NCBI GenBank assembly: GCA_024102815.1
Contig: JAGFJJ010000069.1
Span: forward strand, 271,116-335,115
DNA from: Phycisphaerae bacterium
GTDB lineage: Bacteria > Planctomycetota > Phycisphaerae > UBA1845
Direction: 5' to 3'
DNA: 64,000 nt
How positions within the stretch are numbered: the stretch's first letter is position 1; the number at the start of each line of letters is the position of its first letter. Both the position numbers and the translations under genes were made by a program. Shown piece by piece: positions 46,223 through 53,963 of the stretch. The notes beneath the pieces are model-generated. The model did no database searches. It worked only from the letters and a program-made list of their open reading frames with translations, and had not been told where the DNA came from.

Positions 46223-47557
46223 CTATTTCGAACCAGAATTGGGGCTGGAGCACCAGACGAGCATCCGCTCCGGGACGATCGGTTCAGATCGCCCGGTTCC
46301 GGTCTCGACAATCAGACCGCTGGCCAGGGCAATGTCGGGCACCCCGTCCTGATTGACATCGCCGATGGTCACGCCCGTTGACGCTGCCAATCCGGTGGAC
46401 GGCAACCCGCTGTTCTCCCAAAACCGGAAGCCACCCTTGCCATCCCCCAGCAGTGCAAAGATCCCGCGAACGAAGCCGCCCTCCGTCGTCAGACGGCCGG
46501 AAACTACGAGGTCCAGGTGTCCATCCTGATTGAGATCGTCGGTATCCAACCCGACGGCGCCGCCCTGCATATCCGGGAAAACGTCCGGCATCTTCCGCCA
46601 GGAGCCATCCGCCTGCTGCAGGTACACTTCAGGACCGTCCACCCAGTTTGCCACGGCGATGTCGACGCGGCCGTCCTCATTGAAATCACCCGTGGAGAGG
46701 CCGCCATAAAGGCCCTCGATCATCGGCGAAGGCAGCCCATCGGAAGCCGCGGTCCACCCGCCCTTGCCGTCACTCAACCAGACACGCGGCCCCACGGAAT
46801 GTGAAGCCAGAAGGTCCTTGATTCCGTCGCCGTTTACGTCAGCCAGCTCGACACGCACCGTCCAACGTGACGCCGGCAGACTCGTTTGGTCCTGCCTCTT
46901 CCAATTGTCTCCGGTGCCGTTCCCCAGATAGACGTTAATGCCGCCTTCGTCGGCCGCTCCCGATACGATGTCCGGAAATCCGTCTCCGTTGACGTCCCCG
47001 AGAACAAGGTCCTCGGCCCCTTGGAACATCTGCCGTTTCTGTGCCCCCGGCAACAGGTCCTCGGGGAACAATCCCTGCGCGATCGGTATCCAGCCTCCCT
47101 GTCCGTCACCCAGATACACGAATATTCCGTTGCAGTGATCGGCCACGGCCATGTCCAGGTGGCCATCGCCATTGATGTCGCCGAAGTCGAAACCGCCACC
47201 ACAGGAAGTCTGCGTCGCTGACAGTTTCCAGGAATTCTCCTTCCAACGACCTTCGCCATCGCCGAACCAGATGTGCGGTCCGATGCCCAATCGGGGCAAC
47301 GCCGCAAGATCGATGTACCCGTCGCCGTTAACGTCCAGAAGCATGGGGTCACACTTCCACATGCCGCTGGTGGGCAATCCAGTAGAACACAACTGATAGG
47401 GACCATCGGGAAGAGCCGGTTTTTTCGGCGTAGTCGCGGGAGGACTGTCTTGATCCACGGAGACCCTCGGCTTCGCCGATGAGCCGTTGCACCCTGCCAG
47501 CCACAAGATACCAGCGACGCCTGCAAGAACCGCGAAAGTGCACTTCGAACTTGTCAT
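46223..47557 (-). CDS. FG-GAP/VCBS repeat lipoprotein (7 repeats, integrin-alpha-like propeller)
   Basis: ATG 47557 with AAGGA upstream gives MTSSKCTFAVLAGVAGILWLAGC (lipobox). Loops: DVNGDGYID, DINGDGHLD, DVNGDGFPD, DVNGDGIKD, DFNEDGRVD, DLNQDGHLD, DVNQDGVPD. Confidence 0.85.
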   Translation of the reverse strand: MTSSKCTFAVLAGVAGILWLAGCNGSSAKPRVSVDQDSPPATTPKKPALPDGPYQLCSTGLPTSGMWKCDPMLLDVNGDGYIDLAALPRLGIGPHIWFGDGEGRWKENSWKLSATQTSCGGGFDFGDINGDGHLDMAVADHCNGIFVYLGDGQGGWIPIAQGLFPEDLLPGAQKRQMFQGAEDLVLGDVNGDGFPDIVSGAADEGGINVYLGNGTGDNWKRQDQTSLPASRWTVRVELADVNGDGIKDLLASHSVGPRVWLSDGKGGWTAASDGLPSPMIEGLYGGLSTGDFNEDGRVDIAVANWVDGPEVYLQQADGSWRKMPDVFPDMQGGAVGLDTDDLNQDGHLDLVVSGRLTTEGGFVRGIFALLGDGKGGFRFWENSGLPSTGLAASTGVTIGDVNQDGVPDIALASGLIVETGTGRSEPIVPERMLVWCSSPNSGSK

Positions 47558-47639
47558 TCCGATTTCCTTTGTGAAGCCCGAACTCGCGGCCGCGCGCCGC
47601 AGGATGAAGCACGAATTCATCAAGCGGGTACGATCCAGC

Positions 47640-48449
47640 TCACTTGACGACGTCCAGATACCACGTGCCGTCGATCAAGACCCAGTCTTCGTTAACCACC
47701 AGATTGCGCGGAGTCATCTTCGTCAAGCTGGGGTCGTTAAAGCGGTGCTTGTAGTCCACTCGAACTACTCCCGCCGAGCCGACGACCTGTACCCATTCCA
47801 CGTCCGCGTCCAGAAACTTGATCTTGTTCTGCACCAGGGCAAAAGATGCCTCATCGGTCTGGGCGCGATCCTGCGGTTCGATCATCTGAAACAGGGCCTT
47901 CCAGTCGGCTGACTTCCGCGCCTTCCATGCCTCCGCGAACCGCGTTCGCAACGCCGCCTCCGCATCCGCGTCCCGCCGGGACGGCGCGACGGGGTACTGG
48001 TCGTCCGCTCCTCGAGGAATGGGATACCACGTACCATCCAGGCGGTGCCACGTCTCCCAGCGCTGTATATCGCGAATGGGAGCCGTCGGGAAGCGCCTCA
48101 CGCCCATCTTCGTATCCAGTTCGGCCCACCCCAGATCGCCCTGCTGTTCCACGCCGAGAACGGAATACGAAACCACCTTGAAGGGCTCATTCTCGCTCGA
48201 CCAGGATTCGAATTCCTCGGGGGTCGACGCAGCCTGAAGTTCCGGATCCTCGAACGTGAACACCGTCCGCCAGTCTTCGGCCTGACGCGCCGACCACAGC
48301 TTCTCCACGCGCTCCCGCAAACCTGCGGATCGCGCCCGATGATCCACCGCGGACATTCCGACCTTCGCCGAATTCGCGGTGCAGCCGGCAATGAGCAGAA
48401 TCAGAATAATGGCCGGAGTTTCGATTCGATTGTACATAGTGCGTTTCAT
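47640..48449 (-). CDS. Lipoprotein with two tandem NTF2/SnoaL-like halves (tentative fold call)
   Basis: ATG 48449 gives MKRTMYNRIETPAIILILLIAGC (lipobox). Internal duplication: LRERVEKLWSARQAEDWRTVFTFEDP... versus LRTRFAEAWKARKSADWKALFQMIEP.... Confidence 0.7.
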   Translation of the reverse strand: MKRTMYNRIETPAIILILLIAGCTANSAKVGMSAVDHRARSAGLRERVEKLWSARQAEDWRTVFTFEDPELQAASTPEEFESWSSENEPFKVVSYSVLGVEQQGDLGWAELDTKMGVRRFPTAPIRDIQRWETWHRLDGTWYPIPRGADDQYPVAPSRRDADAEAALRTRFAEAWKARKSADWKALFQMIEPQDRAQTDEASFALVQNKIKFLDADVEWVQVVGSAGVVRVDYKHRFNDPSLTKMTPRNLVVNEDWVLIDGTWYLDVVK

Positions 48450-48887
48450 GATACTTCCGCGTGTGGAGATACCGGTTGTTCCGGCGTGTAACATTCCGGT
48501 TGTCCGCATGATCGCTTTCGTGCGCCGGCGCGGAGTATAGGTCGTCGCGCATGAACCGCAAGCGTCGCCCGGTGTCTTACTCCTATCGGAAGAAGACCCG
48601 TCCTTTTCCTGAGTCGAACATAGACTTCGCTATAGCACTTTTCTCGGCAATCGATCCTGTCGCTGAGAGGATTATCGGACAGAAAATCCGATATTCGTCC
48701 GAGAAACTCGAAGCGCCGAAGCCGCTCATCCATTGACTATCGGTCCGCCTGTTGAGACAATGGTTCATCAATACCAAGGGGTCGAGTCTCGCTCGAATGG
48801 GGGATCGGGGGCGCGGCTCAAGAAAACCGCCGATAACCCGCTTTGCCTGATCGCCGGCTATCGTTTCCGCCTTCCCGGTTTGTGCCC

Positions 48888-51800
48888 ATGTTTTGGTTTC
48901 GTCGGTTACTCCTGGGGATGGTTGCGATCACGTCCGTCACGGCCGGTGAGCACGACCGCTTGGCCGGACGATACCTGCCGGCCCATGAGGGACCCTCGAC
49001 CGATCCCTTGCGGACAACGGATACGGAAGGCGCTTCATCGCCGTCCCGCGGACCATTGGCAAGCACCTGGATTCGCGGCCGCTATGTCAGTGTCCAGGTC
49101 AATGTCGACGCCAACGGCGCCAACATCGTCGGAGACGCCGCCAACGAGCCCTCCCTCGCCATCGACCCCACCAACCCCCTGCGGATGGTTATCGGGTGGC
49201 GGCAGTTCGATTCCGTAACTTCGGATTTTCGCCAGGCCGGCTGGGCATACAGCCACGACAGCGGACGCCACTGGACCTTTCCCGGCGTCATCGAACCCGG
49301 CGTCCGGCGGAGCGATCCGGTTCTTTTCAGCGACGCCGGCGGTAGTTTCTTTTATTTGAGCCTCGGGCGCAGCGGAGAGCTCTTCACGACTCAGCTCTTT
49401 CGCTCGACGGACGGCGGGCTTTCCTGGTCCAGAATCGGACCGACCGACTTTGGCGGGGACAAGCCCTGGGCAGCCGTCGATCCAACCGGCGGAATCGGCG
49501 GCGGAAACATCTACGTCTCCTGGGGATCAATCGGATGCTGCGACAACCGCATCTTCATGCGCTCCGTTGACGGGGGCATGACCTTCGACACGCCAGTAAC
49601 GATTCCGCAGCAGCCCATCTGGGGCACCATTTCGGCCGGGCCCGACGGCACGGTCTACGTCGCGGGAAAGCGCCCCCTTTTTGACAACGAGTTCATCATC
49701 GCCCGCTCATCAACCATCAAGGACCCGGCCAATCCTCTCGAATTCGACTTCGGTGCGGAAGTCGACATGGGGGGCCGATTTCTTGCCAACCCCGGAACAG
49801 GGCCCAATCCGGACGGACTCTACGGGCAAGTCTGGGTCGCCACGGACCATTCCGATCGCCCCACCCGCGGCAACGTATACATGCTTTGCTCCGTCACGCC
49901 GTTCGATCCTTTCAACTTCGATCCCCTCGACGTCCACTTTGTTGCCAGCACGAACGGCGGTCTCAATTGGAGCGCCCCGGTTCGCATCAACGACGACCCC
50001 GTGGGGAATTTCGCTTGGCAGTGGTTCGGCACGATGTCGGTTGCTCCCAACGGCCGCATCGACGTCATCTGGAACGACACCCGCAACGACATCACGCAAA
50101 CGTATTCCGAGCTCTACTACGCCTATTCTCTTGACGGCGGAATCACCTGGTCCGAGAACGAGCCGGTAAGCCCGCCGTTTGCCCATGCCGTCGGCTACCC
50201 CAACCAGGAGAAGCTCGGTGACTACTACCACATGATCTCCGACAATGCCGGCGCTCACGTGGCCTACGCCGCTACCTTTAATGGAGAGCAGGACGTCTAC
50301 TATCTCCGCATCCTCGCCCGCGATTGCAACGAGAACGGCATTCCCGACGAGGAGGACGTCGCGAACGGGACAAGTCCCGATTGCAACGGGAATGACGTTC
50401 CCGACGAGTGCGAACTTACTGGAAACGACTGCAACGGCAATCAGGTACCGGACGTCTGCGATGTGGATGCTGGAACGAGTTCCGACTGCCAGGACGACGG
50501 CATCCCCGACGAGTGCCAGCTTGCCGATCAGGATTGCAACGACTCGGGCGTTCCCGATACGTGCGAGTTGCCCGGTAACGACTGCGACGGAAACGGCGTC
50601 CTTGACTCCTGCGAGCTGAGCGGCCGCGACTGCAACGCCAACGGACGAATCGACGCATGTGATACGGCCGGTGGATTCAGTCTCGACTGTCAGGGTGACC
50701 AGATTCCCGACGAATGCCAACTCGCGGACAATGACTGCGACGGAAGCGGCATCCCCGATGCGTGCGAACTCGCTACGCGCGACTGCAACGGCAATGGTGT
50801 GCTCGACTCGTGCGACGTGTCGGCAGGTGCGAGCCTTGATTGTCAGGGAAACGGCCAGCCGGATGAGTGCGAACTCCAGCAGAACGACTGCAATTTCAAC
50901 AACATTCCCGACGACTGCGAACTGGTCGGCAACGACTGCAACCTCACGGGGATTCCCGATGAGTGCGAGCTCAGCGGCAACGACTGCAACGCGACCGGCA
51001 TCCCCGACGAATGCGAACTGATCGGTAACGACTGCAATCACAATATGCAGCCGGACTCCTGTGACATCGCATCAGGCACGAGCGCCGACTGCCAGCTCAA
51101 TGGCGTTCCGGACGAATGTGAACTCGCCGGCAACGACTGCGACGGCAGCGGCGTTCCCGACGAGTGCGAGCTTTCCGGACGAGACTGCAATGGCAACCTC
51201 CGGCTGGATTCGTGTGACATTGCTGCGGGGAGCAGCCCGGATTGCCAGCTCAACGGCACTCCGGACGAGTGTGAACTCATCGGCAACGACTGCAACGCCA
51301 CCGGCGTCCCGGATGAATGCGAGCTGGCCGGCAATGACTGCGACGGCAGCGGCGTTCCCGACGAATGCGAACTTCCCGGAAACGATTGCAATGGAAATCA
51401 ACGGCTCGATTCTTGCGACTTGGCGTCCGGCTCCAGCCGGGATTGTCAATCCAACGCCGTTCCCGACGAGTGCGAGCTTGCCGGCAACGACTGCAACCTG
51501 ACGGGGATTCCCGATGAGTGCGAGCTCGCCGGCAACGACTGCAATGCAAACGGTCGGCCGGACACGTGCGACATTGTCTCCGGTGCGAGTAAGGATTGCC
51601 AGGTCAACGGCATCCCCGACGAATGCGAACTTGCCGGCAACGACTGCGACGGCAACAGCATCCCCGACCAGTGTGAATTGTCCGGTCGGGACTGCGACGG
51701 AAACCACGTGCTGGACTCCTGCGAGCTCTCCGGGCGGGATTGTGACAGTAACGCCAAATTGGACGTCTGCGAACTTTCCGGCCGGGATTGCGACGGCAAT

Positions 51801-53654
51801 CACGTACTCGATAGCTGCGAACTCGCCGGGCGCGACTGCAACAACAACGGCGTGCTCGACCCGTGCGACCTTGCCCGTGGGACAAGCCAGGACTGCCAGT
51901 CCAATGGCATCCCCGACGAGTGCGAACTCGCAGGCGATGACTGCAACGGCGACGGTGTTCCCGACACCTGCCAGATCACCACGCGAGACTGTAATCGAAA
52001 TGACAGGCTCGATTCATGCGACATCGCCGCCGGCACGAGTGCGGATTGTCAGAGCGACGGCCGTCCCGACGAGTGCCAGCTTCTTGGCAACGACTGCAAT
52101 CAGAATGGCGAGCCCGACGAATGTGATCTGATCGCAGGGACTTCCGAGGACGCCAACAACAACGGGCTCCTCGATGAGTGCGAACCGCAGCCATGCGATC
52201 TGGTCAACGTTGCCCGAATCCTGCCCGTTGGCGGCGGGCTCGGCGATACCTTTGGATCGGCCGTTGATATCGACGGCGAGTGGATGCTTGTTGGTGCACA
52301 GAGCTTCGACACGTCATTCGACCGCGCCGGCGCGTCGTGGTTCTACCGTATTCAAGGCAACGACATCCTGCCGGGCACGCGGGTCCTGGCGAATGATGGT
52401 GACCGCGACGACCGCTTTGGTTGGTCCGTGTCGCTCGACGGCAATATCGCCGCGATTTCCGCCATCTACGACGACGATGTCACATCCAACTCGGGATCGG
52501 TCTACGTCTATCGACTGATCGGCCAGACATGGACGTTCGAGGCCAAGCTGAGTGCTTCGGATCCCGGTTCCGGAGATGCCTTCGGTCACAGCGTTTCGGT
52601 TGGCGGCGACCGGATTCTTATCGGCGCCCGCTACGACGATGACCGCGGAAGCAACAGCGGTTCCGCTTACGTCTTCCGATGGACGGGTTCATTGTGGGTA
52701 CAGGAAGCCAAGCTGCTCGCCGCCGACGGCCAGCCCTCCGATTTCTTCGGTTCCGCCGTCGCGCTGTCGGGGACTGTGGCGGTCGTCGGTGCCTTTGGCG
52801 AGGACGAGCGCGGCGGGACCGCGGGCGCGGCCTACGTTTATGAAAGGACCGGGACGCTTTGGACTCAGAAGGCCAAGTTGCTGGCGCTGGATGGCAAGAC
52901 CGATGACTGGTTCGGCGCGGCCGTCGCCACCGACGGAGACCGAATACTCGTCGGTGCCCGCTACACCGATGAACAGGGCTCCGGGTCCGGTTCGGCCTAT
53001 TTCTTCCAGAAAGTAGCCGGAATCTGGCAACCCGCGGGCAAGATCCTGCCCGCTGATGGCGCCGCCGGCGACGGATTCGGCGTTGCCGTGGATCTTGACG
53101 GGTCCTTCGCCATCGTTGGTGCGGACGGTGGCGATGATGGCGCCACGAATGCCGGAGCAGCCTACATCTTTGCCTGGGATGGTGTCAGTTGGGCTCAGCA
53201 GGCGAAGATTCTTCCGTCCGTTCGAAACTCGGGCGCGCAATTTGGCATAGCCGTCGGCCTCTCCGGTTCGAATGGAGTCGCAGGCGCTCAATATGCGAAT
53301 AACTTGTCCGGCGTCAGCACCGGCGCCGCGAGTTTGTTTACCGGAATTGACGACTGCAATCGAAACCTCGGGCTCGATGCTTGTGATCTTGTTAACGGGC
53401 TTAGCTCCGACAGTGATGGAAACGGCCGTCCCGATGAGTGCGACTTGACCGTGCCGGGGGACTACGACCTGGACGGGGATGTTGACCTTGCGGATTACGC
53501 TGGATTCCTTGGCTGCGCTGCCGGTCCAGCGTCGGTACTCAGCGCTTCGAGCGGAAACACGCTCCGGTGCCTTGGGGCCTTCGATTCTGACGGCGACGAG
53601 GACATTGATCTGTTCGATTTCGCTCGATTCCAGGCGATTCTGCAAACCCCCTGA
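48888..53654 (+). CDS. Giant (1588 aa) secreted protein: BNR/sialidase-like propeller, 37 Cys-flanked acidic-loop repeats, 7 FG-GAP repeats, dockerin-like tail
   Basis: ATG 48888 gives MFWFRRLLLGMVAITSVTAG. Asp-boxes SHDSGRHW, STDGGLSW, SVDGGMTF, STNGGLNW, SLDGGITW. The repeat arrays are listed separately. The tail is GDYDLDGDVDLADYAGFL...FDSDGDEDIDLFDFARFQAIL. Confidence 0.9.
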   Translation: MFWFRRLLLGMVAITSVTAGEHDRLAGRYLPAHEGPSTDPLRTTDTEGASSPSRGPLASTWIRGRYVSVQVNVDANGANIVGDAANEPSLAIDPTNPLRMVIGWRQFDSVTSDFRQAGWAYSHDSGRHWTFPGVIEPGVRRSDPVLFSDAGGSFFYLSLGRSGELFTTQLFRSTDGGLSWSRIGPTDFGGDKPWAAVDPTGGIGGGNIYVSWGSIGCCDNRIFMRSVDGGMTFDTPVTIPQQPIWGTISAGPDGTVYVAGKRPLFDNEFIIARSSTIKDPANPLEFDFGAEVDMGGRFLANPGTGPNPDGLYGQVWVATDHSDRPTRGNVYMLCSVTPFDPFNFDPLDVHFVASTNGGLNWSAPVRINDDPVGNFAWQWFGTMSVAPNGRIDVIWNDTRNDITQTYSELYYAYSLDGGITWSENEPVSPPFAHAVGYPNQEKLGDYYHMISDNAGAHVAYAATFNGEQDVYYLRILARDCNENGIPDEEDVANGTSPDCNGNDVPDECELTGNDCNGNQVPDVCDVDAGTSSDCQDDGIPDECQLADQDCNDSGVPDTCELPGNDCDGNGVLDSCELSGRDCNANGRIDACDTAGGFSLDCQGDQIPDECQLADNDCDGSGIPDACELATRDCNGNGVLDSCDVSAGASLDCQGNGQPDECELQQNDCNFNNIPDDCELVGNDCNLTGIPDECELSGNDCNATGIPDECELIGNDCNHNMQPDSCDIASGTSADCQLNGVPDECELAGNDCDGSGVPDECELSGRDCNGNLRLDSCDIAAGSSPDCQLNGTPDECELIGNDCNATGVPDECELAGNDCDGSGVPDECELPGNDCNGNQRLDSCDLASGSSRDCQSNAVPDECELAGNDCNLTGIPDECELAGNDCNANGRPDTCDIVSGASKDCQVNGIPDECELAGNDCDGNSIPDQCELSGRDCDGNHVLDSCELSGRDCDSNAKLDVCELSGRDCDGNHVLDSCELAGRDCNNNGVLDPCDLARGTSQDCQSNGIPDECELAGDDCNGDGVPDTCQITTRDCNRNDRLDSCDIAAGTSADCQSDGRPDECQLLGNDCNQNGEPDECDLIAGTSEDANNNGLLDECEPQPCDLVNVARILPVGGGLGDTFGSAVDIDGEWMLVGAQSFDTSFDRAGASWFYRIQGNDILPGTRVLANDGDRDDRFGWSVSLDGNIAAISAIYDDDVTSNSGSVYVYRLIGQTWTFEAKLSASDPGSGDAFGHSVSVGGDRILIGARYDDDRGSNSGSAYVFRWTGSLWVQEAKLLAADGQPSDFFGSAVALSGTVAVVGAFGEDERGGTAGAAYVYERTGTLWTQKAKLLALDGKTDDWFGAAVATDGDRILVGARYTDEQGSGSGSAYFFQKVAGIWQPAGKILPADGAAGDGFGVAVDLDGSFAIVGADGGDDGATNAGAAYIFAWDGVSWAQQAKILPSVRNSGAQFGIAVGLSGSNGVAGAQYANNLSGVSTGAASLFTGIDDCNRNLGLDACDLVNGLSSDSDGNGRPDECDLTVPGDYDLDGDVDLADYAGFLGCAAGPASVLSASSGNTLRCLGAFDSDGDEDIDLFDFARFQAILQTP
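50322..52184 (+). repeat. 37 tandem 16-aa/19-aa coding repeats (DC-N-x-N-G-x-PDEC-E-L-x-G-x)
   Basis: Units were counted directly from the translation. Short units: DCDGSGVPDECELSGR, DCNATGIPDECELIGN. Long units: DCNGNLRLDSCDIAAGSSP, DCNHNMQPDSCDIASGTSA. Confidence 0.9.
52240..53340 (+). repeat. Seven FG-GAP-type repeats
   Basis: GDTFGSAVDIDGEWMLVGA, DDRFGWSVSLDGNIAAISA...SGSVYVY, GDAFGHSVSVGGDRILIGA...SGSAYVF, SDFFGSAVALSGTVAVVGA...AGAAYVY, DDWFGAAVATDGDRILVGA...SGSAYFF, GDGFGVAVDLDGSFAIVGA...AGAAYIF, GAQFGIAVGLSGSNGVAGA. Confidence 0.85.
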
Positions 53655-53963
53655 ACCAATGCGCCGCGCCGGTGTCGTCGGGGCGGATCCTGTCGCCGGC
53701 TGACCCGCAGCATCGGATTCCTTGTTATCGGGCCCAAGCGATTCGCCCCCGTCCTTTTCAGCGTCGAAGAGACGGATAGAATAGAAAGTCCACTACGTGG
53801 TTCGGGTTCCAACTGCGAGCGCAGGCCGGCGGACGACCTTTCTTTCAAGGGGCCGGTCGTGCCTCCGCCTTTCCGTTGACCCGATTGGCGGAGTCATTCG
53901 GAGCCGACTGGTTCAAGGAAGCGCCCGCCTGCCGATAATCTGGAGGGAACGGAAGCTGGTTCT

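Noticed and set aside
49710-52131. Many long ORFs in other frames and on the minus strand over the giant gene (for example 49710-51041, 51072-51803, 51514-52131)
   Set aside because: These are an artefact of the stop-free GAC/TGC/AAC/GGC-rich tandem repeats. Only the 48888-53654 frame gives a signal peptide, Asp-boxes and coherent repeat units.
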